64,000 nucleotides of DNA. It comes from Gracilinanus agilis. Taxonomy: Eukaryota. Shown here one piece after another: positions 1 through 12,072 of this stretch; the first letter of the stretch is position 1; every line of letters begins with the position of its first letter. The notes beneath the pieces were generated by a model. That model was not told the origin of the DNA, did not search any database, and was given only the letters and a program-made list of their open reading frames with translations. Made by a program: the position numbers and the translations under genes. Where the stretch lies: positions 495,115,252-495,179,251 of the forward strand of contig NC_058133.1 of NCBI RefSeq assembly GCF_016433145.1. The letters run 5' to 3'.

Positions 1-149
1 CCCACAAGATTCTTGAAAGGGGCTGGGCCAGGTGGTATGGGGTTGGGGTTGTTGCAGAGTTTGACTAGGAGCCTTCTAAGTAGAGGGCATGAATTTCAAT
101 TCTAAGCCAAACTCTGGCCTGGCAGCATGGACCAGGGTAAAGAAGGCAT

Positions 150-250
150 ACATCCTGCTTCTGTGACCTTGACGAAGTTCTCTCAGCCTCAGTTTCCTCA
201 TCTGTAAAACAAAGGAGGAGAATAAGACTAAATGTTCCCTAAGCTCTAAA
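150..250 (+). mobile_element. MIR core fragment
   Basis: ctgtgaccttg...cctcagtttcctcatctgtaaaa CORE motif. Confidence 0.8.
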
Positions 251-860
251 TCTTCGGTGGCACTCCATGTCTAGTTTCTCTCTTCGACCCTTCACTGGGG
301 CTAATTCCTCCTCGATTCCTATACCAGGGATGCGCTGAATCCCCCCTGTGCCCTCTCTCTCTCTCTATTGTGACTCACGATGCTCCTTTCCTCCTTTTCA
401 GCCTTCAGCCCACGAATTGCACCTGCACCCATTACCGGCACACAATGGGCACACTTGCTGGCGGGTGAGGGCACCTCCTTGCCTTTGTATTGGAGTGTTC
501 CCTTGTTGGAGTGCTCTCTCCCTCCTGGGCCATCACCCAGCTAGTCAGTCTTGGTGGGTGCATGTGTGTGGTGGTGCTTGGGCGGAGGAGGGGGCAGAAG
601 CCAAGTTGGCTGCTGAGAGTGGGTCAGGGGGTGCTCCCAGGCTGGCTCTAGGCTTCCCCGGAGCTGGCTGCCCCTCTCCCTTTGGCAGAAGAGGGGCTGA
701 AACTTTTGCTCTCACCCTGGTGGCCAGCACCGGGACCTTGGATGGCCGAGCTGCAGCCTAGCCTGCCTTACCGCACATTTCCCATCTTCACCCTGATGGG
801 TTCTGTCTTAGTGCTCAGCCCAGAGCACTGACTGCAAGAGGCTTTCCGGAGAGCCGAGAG

Positions 861-880
861 CAGCAGCAGGAGCAGCAGCA

Positions 881-923
<43 letters not shown>
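861..923 (+). repeat. (CAG)3 GAG (CAG)3 GAG (CAG)13 trinucleotide repeat in the putative 5'UTR
   Basis: Read directly from the sequence. Confidence 0.97.
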
Positions 924-924
<1 letters not shown>

Positions 925-1072
925 CACCGCACCACTCACTGCCTCCCCCATCCTGGGACTCTAGCCCTTTAAATCTGATCCGTTACCAAAAAGAAGAGGC
1001 ATCAGCCCCTTTTAATTAGCTCGCCTGGCCGGCTGGGCTCCTCCAGAGCTGCGGTTCTCCAGTTGCTTTGTG

Positions 1073-1081
1073 ATGGTTTGA
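1073..1081 (+). promoter_or_regulatory. Minimal uORF (ATG GTT TGA) ending 28 nt before the main ATG
   Basis: Read directly. Its function depends on the TSS lying upstream of it. Confidence 0.5.
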
Positions 1082-1109
1082 GAGAGCCCCCCTGAGCTCC
1101 CTGTGGGCC

Positions 1110-1147
1110 ATGGATCCTGGACGCCTCTCCCCTGAGAGCAGCAGGAG
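1110..1147 (+). CDS. Probable first coding exon, MDPGRLSPESSR + 2 nt (phase-2 donor), followed by a very long intron; gene unidentified (tentatively ZNF385-family-like)
   Basis: gggccATGG is a strong Kozak context at 1110, and GAG|GTATGA is a consensus donor at 1148, within promoter-like sequence. The resemblance to a long-isoform ZNF385C N-terminus (exon 2 would begin MKRPLSP) is from memory only and unverified. No such exon 2 was seen in the window. Confidence 0.6.
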
Positions 1148-3046
1148 GTATGAGCCTTGCCAAGGAAGGGGGGGCTCTGGATCTCCGGAGCTGGCTGCAT
1201 GGACGCAGCCCTGGCCAGCCCCTCTCGCTTGCCTCCCCGGGTCGGGTTGGTCCCCTCCCCAGTTTGGGCTGAGTTGAGAGGAAGCCAAGTTTTTCCCTGC
1301 TTTGGGTTTCTCTGGCTACGTACAGGTCCCGGTGCGTTTGTTTTGGCTGGGGGCCTCCCCGAGCTTGCAAAGTCGTTCTGAAGTGTGTGTATGTGCGTGG
1401 GGGTGCTTCTTTCTCCCCGGACTACCGCAAAAACATTTCCTCCTCTCGGGTTCCCTTCCTTCCTGCTGGCTCCGAGGAAAGGGCATAACCCAGGCTTGAC
1501 TTTACTCTTTTAAATCAGTGACCTGCCACTCGGTCTGAGAGAAGTTGGGAGGCTGCTTTCCTGAATGGCTGGAGAACTCATCCCCACTCTCTAAATAGCC
1601 CCGGTGGGAGGGAACACCCTGCTGGCTCCTTCTCCCCTCCCTCCCGACTCCCCCCTCCCCCCACCCCACTCCTCTTTCCCCCCCGCCTCGCGAAAGCTAC
1701 TTGAGGTCGGAGGAATCCCTCGCCCTGTAGCCCCTCAAAGAGTTGTGAGAATGAAGGGAGCCTGAGCTTCTTAGAGGGAGGCGAGAGTTGGCTTTGCTCG
1801 GGAGTCAGCTCTAGCCTGGCTTGTCCCAGGAGAGGATTTATCTTCTTTGTAAATTGCATTTTTGTCAATTGCACCGGGTGGGCTTTAGAACAGTTTTCTC
1901 TAAATCCTCAATTGATTCTCCTCCTCGCGGGACCGTTTCTTCCGGGTAAAATGTCTTTTTTCTTTTTTACACTCCCCCCTTCCCCCCTTCCCCCCCACTC
2001 CAATAAAGCTTGTTTTGCCCCTTTAAAATCTTGCCTGGTGTGACCTCTTACCCATCCCAGGCCCTGTGTGAAGTTAAGCCTTCTTTACTTATTAAGGATT
2101 AAGTCCCTCTCACTTTGTGGAGTCATTCTCTTCATCTCTGCCCTTTCTTCAAGGCTAGGTGAGCCGGAGGGTCCTAGGCTTGTGTGTCGGTCGCCAAAGG
2201 AGCAGCCCCTTGGAGATTTAGGCTAAAAAGGCTCCCCAAACAAAACGCCTTTGCTCCAAACCTCTTTTTGACAATTAACCAAACCTTCTTCAGTTTTTGA
2301 TGGAGATTGGGGTGTTGAGGGGGGTGGAGAAAGAGAGGAAGCAGCTGATCCATCCGGATGAGGATTTTGCCGGCAAGTTACAGCCTGGAATGTCACAGGC
2401 TGTTTCCACCAACGGTACAGTGGTCAGAAAGAGAGCAGCCAAATTCCTTCCAAAACCCCAGTGAAGAGGTTTAAACTTTCTCTCTGCAACGGTGCTGAAA
2501 GCAAGCCCAGGCGCCTGGAAAAGGCTGTAGGTGCATTCTCCATATCATAAAGCACACCAAGACTGAACAGGAGCTCTCTAGTGAATGAAGAGAGACTATT
2601 CAAGGAATACAAATGGAACCCTTGATAGATTCGTAATCTCTGCACCAGGCAGCCATGGATTTGGGTAATCATGCCGAGAGGCCAAAACAAGGACCCAGGC
2701 AAAGGAGAAGTTCTCTGCAAATAGGAGCCCAGCAGGTCAGGAAATTGGGAAATCCATGTAGGCTCAGCTATGAAGTCAGCTAGGAGAGAGGGAAGAAATC
2801 TGCAGGAGGGGGTGATTTTATTTTATTTTGTAGGTTCTTGTTTCCATTTGCTCATCCCAACCTAGATTCCTTTCCTTGGTCTGGTGGCCTTTCTATGTAT
2901 CTCTTCCCGGAGGATCTGGCCTTCTAGTAGCCTGCTGGGGAGGTCTTGAGGAGAGTGGCCTAAAAAATAAGGTAGAGCTGAGAGAGCTGATAGGCCACAG
3001 CCCAACAACAAAAGTACAGACAGCAGAGTGGACACAGGCCACAGAC

Positions 3047-3237
3047 TTTTTTTTTTCTTTAAACCCTTACCTTATTTCCTAGTAACAACTCTAAGATAGA
3101 AGGACAAGGGCTAGTTAAATGGGGGTAAGTGATATGCCCAGAGTCACACAGCTAGGAAGTATCTGAGGCTAGATTTGAACCCAAGTCTTCCAAATTCCAG
3201 GTCTGGTACCCTGTTCACTGAGCCACATAACTGCCTC
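3047..3237 (-). mobile_element. Marsupial CORE-SINE (SINE1_Mdo-like)
   Basis: T-tail, CORE and tRNA-like head; TSD acagg(c/t)cacaga. Confidence 0.88.
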
Positions 3238-3309
3238 ACAGGTCACAGATTCTTAAGATCACAGGTGACAAATGTAGTGGAAAGAACTACTGGATTTGGA
3301 GTTTATGGG

Positions 3310-4190
3310 ATCAGAGATTTAGAGCTGGAAAGGACCTTAGAGATGGAAGAGTACAATGCCCTCATATTACAGATGGAGAAACTGAGGCTCAGGGAATTTA
3401 AAGTGACTTGTCTATGATCACATAGCTATTAAGTGTCAGAGGAAGGATTTGAATACAGGTCTAGATTTTATCTATTTTGAGGGTCAGAGGTGGCAGCCCT
3501 GGGACCCTGACCAGGAGTAAAATACCTTTCTTTCTCTCTCACCATCCCACAACCTCTTCTCTGTCCTGAATTATAGATTGGCAGTTTGGTCTCAAAACCC
3601 AGGGATTCCCTCCTTTCCTGTGCCCTCCCTTTATTCTTAGGCAGTGAAGGTGCTTGGGGAGGGAACTTCACTTTTCACCATCTGTTCCTAAATGACAGTG
3701 GAACATCCTGTGCCAACTTTTCCTATTTATTTCCCTCTGTTAGAAGAATCAAATGGGGCTTAGGGAAAATAATAAGACCATTAGAGCTAGAAACAATAAT
3801 AATGGCTGACATTTATATAAAGTTATAAGGTTTACAAAATTCTTTCTGGATATTATTATCTTAGTTGATCCTGTCAACTACCTGGTGTATTATCTCCATT
3901 TTACACAGAGGGAAACTAAGGTTCAGAGAGGTTGACTTCTCCTCTGTCACATAGGTAGAAAGTGTCTGAGATGAGATTTTTTAACCCAAGTTGGAGCTTT
4001 CTGACTCCAAGTTGAATATTCTAGTCTTTAGACAACATTGTCTTTCACTAGATCTAAGTTCCTTATTTTACAGTTTAGAAAACTGAGTCACAGAGCAAGG
4101 AAGGAGCTGGCCCGTGGCCACATAATGGGTTACTGGATCTTCTTTGACTACAACCCAGGTCTTCTGACATCCAAGCTCTTTCCACTCATC
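3310..4190 (-). mobile_element. Cluster of MIR fragments (about 3310-3470, 3795-4020, 4060-4190)
   Basis: Repeated acagatg(a)ggaaactgagg...aagtgacttg cores. Confidence 0.8.
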
Positions 4191-4703
4191 TCTCCAGTGG
4201 TGCCCTTTCCCTTGGGCCATTCTTGGCCCAGTCTAGATGTCCCTTATCAAATGGAGAGTGTCCTTTAGTGACCCACAAATGGATAGATTTGTGCCTCTGC
4301 ATCCATTCCTATTTAAAACCTGATGTTTTCTTGTTTAATCTGAAAATTTAATAGATGGCTGCTGTCCTCCATAGGAGCTCTTAAGCACATCAAAATGGTA
4401 CTCATTAGGCCAGGCAAAAAAAATACTCTTAGCCAATTATGATGTAATATTTTTTGATGGGCTAATGACCTGTAGGACAGCAGCTCACAGTTAAATAAAC
4501 AAACCACTGGGTTGAGAAATTAAGTCTAAGGCATGATGGACCCATTTGCTTTTAAGAGAAGTAGAAATCATAATTACAAGTCTTGGGTTCAATTGTGAGC
4601 TCTGCCACTTATTGGAATTGAAGGGGGCTGAGACAAATCACTTAATGGTTCTGCATCAGTGAAATAAGCTCATTACCAAAGTTCATTCTAGTTCTGGATC
4701 TCT

Positions 4704-4951
4704 GTTCAGTTATTTCAATCTTGTCAGATTCTTTGTGACCTCCATTTTGGGGTTTTCTTGGCAGAGATACTGGAGTGGTTTGCCATTTCCTTCTCCAGCT
4801 CATTTGACAGATGAGGAAATTGAGACAAAGTGGGTTAAGTGACTTGCTCAGGGTCATACAGCTAGTAAGTGTCTGAGGCCAAATTTGAACTCAGGAAGGA
4901 GTCTTCCTGACTTTAGACCTGGCACTCTATCCACTGTACCACCAATAGCTG
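4704..4951 (-). mobile_element. MAR1 SINE
   Basis: RTE-type tail (ttttcttggcagagatactggagtggtttgccatttccttctccagc) joined to CORE and head. Confidence 0.9.
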
Positions 4952-5999
4952 ATATCTAGGTGGGATTGAACTACTGTGACAAAAACAGCTCTTGTTTTGT
5001 TTATTTAAGACACAGACTTGAGCATGGATCCATAATCATTGGGTCTGAACCTAGACATAAAGGAAATCAGACTGTGGGGAAAACTAAGTTTGAACCAAAG
5101 TGACCCACAGCAGCAGTGGTCCATTTATATCAGGCTCCTGTGGATTCCCAATCTGTCCTCTTGTGACACTGGTCAGAATAGCAAAATGATTTGCAAACTG
5201 GAATTACTCGGAGAACTTCTCTACCCTCCCTCTTAGACTAGTGTCTGCCCATTCCATCCTCCAGTCTAGAATAAGGGGGTGCAGTCTGGTGCGGTGGAAA
5301 GAGTTCTGGTCCTTCCATCACAGGGTCTTGGTTCACCTCCCAGCTCTGATCCTTATTTCCTTGGGCAAATCACTTCCTCACCCTGAGCCATAAGTTACCC
5401 CTCTGGGGAAAGAATGGATTGGATTTACTGGCTCCTGAGGCCCAGATCGATGATCCTATAAGATGAAAGAGTAGATTGACCTTTTTGGGAGAATCAGAGC
5501 ACCCCAATAAATGCCAGGGGTCACAGATCTGTCAACAAGCATTTCCTGGGAGGGGAGTATTCTCTTTGTAGCTACAAGACCCTGGGCTAGATTATGGTCC
5601 CCAACAAGAGATGTTACCTGCCTTCACAAATCTTACAGTTTAATAAGGAGGATAAGAACCCCCCCCCCAATCTGAATTACTACCTGTGTGCTGTTAGGCA
5701 TGTCACCTAACTTCCCTAACCCTCAGTTTCCTCTTCAGTAAATTGAATGTTGGACTCCATGGTGTCTGATATTCCTTTCATCTCTAAATCTATGATTTTA
5801 TGATGACCAACAGTATCATGGACTGATAATGATTCACATTTCTATATCACCCACAGCACGTTTTCTCACAAAATCTTAGCGAGGTCAATATCCATGCCTC
5901 CATTTTATAGGTGAATAAAGCTCCACAGAGTTTATGTGATTTTCCCATGATTGCATAGATAGGAAGGGTTACAGGCAGAGTAAGAGCCCCAACTTCCTC

Positions 6000-6470
6000 A
6001 CTCCCAGCCCAGATGCCATGTTGACTCATCATAAATGGTAGATGAAGGGTCGGGGGAGAAACTCAGTCTCAGAAGAATTCTTAGGAGAGAAGGATCATGG
6101 TGGGATGGAAGGGCGACTTTCTAGATGAAGTAGGGATTAAATAGGGCTCTGAAGGATAAATAGGACTTAGAAAGATGGTGATGAGGGATGCAGGGAATTC
6201 TGGAGTATATGGGGGTGGGATGAATTAAGCCGAGTTGTAGAGAAAGTCAGATTTTAGGAATAGATCAATGTGCCTAGAAGGTTTCTGCTGGGAAATAGTG
6301 AAAATTAAATTTGGAGCTAGATAGGGAGGGACCTTGAATGCCAAGACTAAGAAATATGAATTTTATCTTGAAGACAAGGCTGTGAGCAGGGATGTAACAG
6401 GATGAAAGTTGTATTTAAGATTAGTTTATCAGTGATCTATGGAGTGGGATAAAACTAGGGGAAAGCAAGA
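6000..6470 (-). mobile_element. L2 fragment
   Basis: Purine-rich antisense L2 3' region (gaccttgaatgccaagactaagaa...tttatctt). Confidence 0.7.
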
Positions 6471-6564
6471 TGCTAGTGCAACAGCCCAGTCAGAAATTGA
6501 TAGATAGTGTAGACCTGGGGAAAGGCACATTTTATATGATTGAACTTATTTCCCTCCTTCCCTT

Positions 6565-6915
6565 CCTTTCCCCCTCCAGTATAGGCAGGCAATTTGATCT
6601 GGGTTATACGTGTATTATCATGCAAACATATTTTGATATTGTTCATTTTTGTGAGTAATCTTATAAAACAAAACCCCAAAACATAAATCCAAATAAACAA
6701 TTGAAAAATTATATGCTTTCATTAGCATTTCGACTCCAACAGTTCTTTCTCTGGAGGTGAATAGCGTTCTTTGTCCTAAGTCCCTTAGAATTGTCCTGGA
6801 TCATTGTATGGCCAATAATAGCTGTCTGTTGCATTTGATCATTCCACAATATTGCTGTTACTATGTATAATGTTTCCCTGGTTCTGCTTATTTCGCTCTG
6901 TATCAGTTCATGAAG
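6565..6915 (-). mobile_element. L1 3'UTR fragment
   Basis: gatctgggttatacgtgtattatcatgcaaa...gtcctggatcattgta; similar to the L1 3' end at 46.9-47.3 kb. Confidence 0.85.
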
Positions 6916-7244
6916 GTCTTGGAATGGGATCTTTTGATAGATCAGTGATCTCTTTTATGTGATCTCTTTCTCCCTCAAATGGGGGGTGGATACATACCTT
7001 CTCATCCTGCATACCTCTTGTTCATTTTGCCCCATAAATCTTCCACAGCCAAAATGGGAGGAGCATCTCATGCCCTTAACATGCTAGGGACTTTCCTTCA
7101 GATCCATTGGCATTGTGTGGATGCCAATGGAGCATAGTAACCATTATCCCTCATTTTTGATGCATGATCTGCTCCTGCCTAGTCACTCAAACTCTGTGAC
7201 CTTTTTTGGGAGGGCAGTTTACTTAATCCCACCATTAAATTACA

Positions 7245-8060
7245 TTTTATTCAAATCAAAAAGGATTTATTGACCATTTCAAATGGTGTAAGCACAGTAT
7301 CAGATGATGGAGAGATAATGGCAGAAATAAGACATTCCCTACCCTCAAGGAACTTATATTCAGTAAAGGGAAACAACATATACATAGATAAGAATCTATA
7401 AAGAAAAAAAAACTAAGCTAAAAAGGAGAGAACTCAACAGCTGAGCGGAAGGGGATGGGCAGGAAGATTCCCATGTAAGAGGTTCCTCCTGAGATGAGCT
7501 GTTAAGGAGATTCCACAAGGTCAAGGTGAGGAGAGAGGATATTCCAGCCAAGAAGGTCTCTGTGCATCAAAGCTTCAAGACAGGAGATGGAATGTTGTAT
7601 AAGGGAGACAGCTAGAGGTCAGGTTGATTGGAATGGACAGTGAATGAAGGGGAGAGATACTATGATGGGTCTGGTGATAGGAAATAATTCTGGAAATGTA
7701 GGTGGGTATATACATGCCAAACTGATGATTTTGTATCTTAGGAGTGGTGAAGCCAATGAATGTTTTTAAGTGGTCATTGAGATGGTCAGATTTGTGAATA
7801 TTAGATTGACAGCTGCATAAAGAATGAATCTGGAAGCTGGGGGGCCTATTAGGAGCCTATTGAGATCATCTTGATGAGAGGAGATAAGGGTCTGAAACTA
7901 GGGAGAAATCCTATGAGTGGAGAGAAGAGGACAGATGTAAGAGGTATTGAGTCTGTAAGACGATAAGACTTGGTAACTACCTGGGTATGAAGAGTGAGGC
8001 AAAGTGAAAGGTAAAAATAACTCCGAGGTTAATTTGAGTGATAGGAAGAATGTTTGTGTC
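7245..8060 (-). mobile_element. L2 fragment
   Basis: L2 3' tail (tttattgacc...ccctcaaggaactt) followed by antisense L2 body. Confidence 0.78.
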
Positions 8061-8829
8061 CTCATTATATGCCTCTTGGTTTTGCTTTGAGTGATTCACA
8101 ATCTGAATTCTTCAGAGACCAACCATTCAGAGTCATCCATAGAATACAGAGGTTAAAAAAAGATGGGGCATTGTTTTAAGAAGAATTTTGTGGTTAATTA
8201 AAAGCACTGTACATTCTTCCAAAGGCAATTCAGCCTGTTCTTTACCTATTCAATTCTGGGCCCAGTACATTGTCCCATCTCAGAGTTTGTCTAAGATATG
8301 TATAATAATGAAAGTTCTGTGGGATGATTTTCCCAATGTATACCGTAGTCTGGACAACAAGCATTTTTCATCCACTTGCTTTTTCCTGTGTGAATGGGCA
8401 AACCAAATTCTCAGTTGATTCTAGATTTCATTTAGGAAATGGGGCAATGTTCTAAGGACTGATGTGGGCAGTATAAAGTCATCTGAAGAGAGAAACATCT
8501 GGAGGACTTCATCATCTATAAGAAATTCCTTTTGACTTGGACTCCCTGTCGGATACCATCTCAAACAGTGGTGGACACCTTAAGTGAGAATTCTTTTGCC
8601 TTTTGCTTCATTTGATATCAATAATTAGAATATTATTAGAAACCATTCTTTTGTCACATCTTTCAAGGAATCTTATAGGATTTTGGCTTATGCATGGGAA
8701 ATAACTTGGAGGAAGGTCTAACTTAATGCATTATTTTTCTCTGATGAATAATAATAAAGTCTGAAATGAGTTGATGATTGGCTAAATAGACATACAAAAA
8801 CTTATATTTATTCTGATCAGTACTTCTCC

Positions 8830-10660
8830 CACAATGACAGAATGTCAGCATTAGAAGGGACTTTAGGGGCCTATACCTGACGCAGCCTATACCTGACCCA
8901 GAATCCTATCTATGATATTCCTAACAAGTGGCCATTCAGCCTTTGCCTAAAGGCTTATAAGAAGGTAGAAATCACTCCTTCCTGAGGCAAGCCAGTCCAT
9001 ATATGAATAACTCTATTAGGAAGTTTTTTTTTTCTTTATACAAACCTTAAATATGCTTCCTTTAAAACCCCATTCATTGGTCCCAGTTGTGGTTTCCCAG
9101 ACCAAATCGTACAATTCTAATCTTCCCTTGTGTTCACCCCTTAAATTCTTGAAGACTGCTCTCATGTTTCCATTGAGTTTTCTCCAGGCTAAACATTCCC
9201 AGTTCCTTCAACTGATTCTCATATTGTTTGATCTTAATGTCCTTCACAAAACTGATTGTCCTTCTCTGGATGATCTCAAGTTTATCAATCTTCTTCTGGT
9301 AGGGTTATGACTGTCTCCAGATGTGTTTCATGCAATCTGAAATCAAATTCATTTTTATGGCTGTCACATCATTTTTTGACTCATCTTGATCTTGGTGGTA
9401 ACAGAGGTGGAAGGGCATAAGCATTCCCTTCTGTATGCCAGGCATTGTGCTAAGCCCTACCTCATTTTGTGCCTCCTAACAATCCTGTGAAGTAGATGTT
9501 CTTTTATCCTCGGTTCATAGTTGAGGAAACTGAAGCAAACAAAACCTAAATAACTTGTCCAGGGTCACACAGCAAGGAAGTATCTGAGGCCAGGTTTGAC
9601 CTTGAGTCCTTTTGACTTCAGGTTCAGTGCTCTATCCATCTTGCCAGTTAGATTCCCAAGGCTTTTCTCCTAGTTGTTTCTACTTTATCTTATTCTTATG
9701 AAGATGACTTTAGAACTCAAGAGAAAGGCTCTACATTTATCTCTGTTAAATTTCATCTTATTAGATTTGGATCTTGACTGTTATCCAGGGCTTTCACTAT
9801 CCTTCACAGCTTTTTGTCATCTGAAAATTTGATGAGCCTGCCACCTCTGAATTTATCCAAGTCACAGTTAAAAATGCTAGATGTTACAGGGTCAAACACA
9901 GATCCCTGGAGCACTCCACTGGAGACTTCTGTCAAGATTGACATCTAATCCTTAATACATGATTTTTGTCCATTAAATCAGTCTCTAATCCACGTAAGGG
10001 TAGCGTGGTGGTGCAGTTGATAGAGTGCCAGTCCAACAGTCAGGTAAAAGTTCAAGTTTGACCTCAGACACTTACTGGCTATGGGACTCTGGGCAAGTCA
10101 CTTAATCCCGTGTGCTTCAATTTCCTCGCCTGTCAGATAAGCAAGAGAAAGAATCGGCAAACCCGCTAAGATCTTTGTCAAGAAAACCTCAAATGGGATC
10201 ACAAAGAGTCGGACACTACTGAAAAATGACTGAAAAACAACAAATCCACCTAACTATACTTTCAGACAGCCCACATCTCTTCATCTTATCCACAAGATGA
10301 GCACAAGAAGCTCTGTCAAATTCCATGCTAAAATCTAACTGAACCCTATCTACAGCCTTCTCTGATCCATCAGTATAGTAACTGTCAAGGAAGGAGATAG
10401 GGCTAGCTTGGCATATTCTTCACGAAGACAGACTGGCTCTTTGTGTGATCACTGCTTCCTTTTTGTTATGTCATTAATCATTTCTTTAATAATACATTCT
10501 AGAGTTTTCCCAGAAATCAAAGTCAATCTCTCCAGCATATAGTTTGCAGGTTTCATTTCCTTCTTGTCTTTGAACACTCTATTTGGTGGCCACCTTTTGA
10601 CTTCTCTGCCCTTTGCTTTCTTTATGAAGAGAATTAGAATAGATTTTCCTAAGCAAATCG
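8830..10660 (-). mobile_element. L3/CR1 fragment interrupted by a MIR (~9420-9650) and a MAR1 (9998-10243)
   Basis: Antisense CR1 3' end and RT-region motifs (catttgtaaaa-like, catctgaaaatttgatgagc, gtcaaattccatgctaaaatcta). Confidence 0.78.
9998..10243 (+). mobile_element. MAR1 SINE
   Basis: Head, CORE and aagaaaacctcaaatgggatcacaaagagtcggacac tail; TSD aatccac(g/c)taa. Confidence 0.88.
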
Positions 10661-10782
10661 CATACACTTATGATGACCTCAGACTGATTCTTATGAAAAT
10701 CTAGTGAAAAGGGAAAGGTAAGAACTTTAGGATTGGCTCCATATTATGGCCAGTTAGTGAACTATAACTAAATGGACTATAG

Positions 10783-10968
10783 AACAGCGAGGTGGCTCAG
10801 TGGATAGAGTGCCAGGCTTGGAGATGGGAAGTCCTGGGTTCAAATCTGGCCTCAGACATTTTCTAGGTGTGCGATGTTGGGCAAGTCACTTAACCCCAAT
10901 TGCCTAACCCTGGAACTCATACTTATTATCAATGCTAAGACAGAAGGCCAGGGTTTAAAAAAATAAAG
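10783..10968 (+). mobile_element. SINE1_Mdo-like SINE
   Basis: ggtggctcagtggatagag head, CORE, ctaagacagaagg...tttaaaaaa tail. Confidence 0.88.
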
Positions 10969-11269
10969 AATTGAGTAGGATGGATGAAGGTATGTAGTCC
11001 TTGGTGTGGTGGATTAAGTACAGGACTTGGGAGCCAATGCCTACCTTAGACACTTGTCTTTTGAATATTTGGCGAGCCAGCCATCTACGATTTTATCCAA
11101 GTCACAGAAAAAAATACTGGATGTTATTGGGTCACTTACTGGTTGAATGATTCTAGACAAATCACTTAAGCTCTCTCTCATTTTCCTCTTCTGTAAAATG
11201 CCAATGATAATAACAATGCTTACCTCACAAGTTTGTTGAAGGTATTAAATAAGTTAAGCGTATGTCAGC

Positions 11270-11700
11270 TCATTTCCCACCTTCTGCAGGAGACCTCTCC
11301 TCATTCCTCTAGCTACTGGCATCTTTCCCTCTGAGATTGTCTCCCTTTCCTTCTATCTAAATATTTTCCCCTACTTATAGTTCATTGTGTTTTTCCCCAA
11401 TGACATATATAAATCATTTTTAACATAGTTTTTGGATAACTTGTGATCCAAATTCTCCTTCCCTCCCTCTCTGCCTCCCTCCATAAGAAGGCAAATAAGC
11501 TGATCTAGATGATCTATATGCTCTTGTGCAACATATTCCGTATATGTTTTTAACTCACCTAATTCTTTGCATGTTGTCTCTGCTATTGGAATGTAAGCTT
11601 CTAGGAAGCAGGTGTTGTGTTTTTAAAAGCTTTTCATTTAATCCCTAATGTTTAACACAGTACCTGGCCCAGGATAAGGGCTTAATAAATGCTTGTTGAC
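11270..11700 (+). mobile_element. L2 3' end containing an antisense L1 3' fragment (~11395-11545)
   Basis: gaatgtaagcttctaggaagcagg...cttaataaatgcttgttgac L2 terminus. Confidence 0.72.
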
Positions 11701-11889
11701 CTGACTAAAGCCCTTTGCATACTTTAAAACACTATATAAATGTTACCTATTGTTATTAAGAAGGAGAAAACTGAGGAACAGCACAGAGGAATGACTTCCC
11801 CCAAGGAGCATTGGATGTCATGGTCAGAACCAAAGCTAAAACTCTGGTCTCTTATCTCTTAATCCCAAGTACTTAATAATGTTGATTAT

Positions 11890-12072
11890 GGGGGCAGCTA
11901 GGTGGTTCAGTGTTTAGAACACCAGACCTGGAGGTGGGAGGTCTGGGATTCAGATCTGACCTCAGATACTTTCTAGCTGTGTGACCCTGGGCAAGTCACT
12001 TGGCCCAATTTGCCTACCCCTTACTGTTTTGTCTTGGAGATGTTGTTAAGAGAGAAATGAAAGGTTAAAAAG
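11890..12072 (+). mobile_element. CORE-SINE (SINE1_Mdo-like)
   Basis: ggggcagctaggtggttcagtg head, CORE, A-rich tail. Confidence 0.88.

Larger units (their letters stand above)
250..1400 (+). promoter_or_regulatory. CpG/GC-enriched promoter and first-exon region of the host gene
   Basis: GC-rich, locally CpG-enriched and nearly TE-free, unlike the rest of the window. It surrounds a Kozak ATG and a splice donor. The exact TSS cannot be determined from sequence. Confidence 0.7.

Noticed and set aside
861-923. Polyglutamine-coding tract
   Set aside because: No upstream ATG frame reaches it (stop at 829-831), and it lies 5' of the probable start codon.
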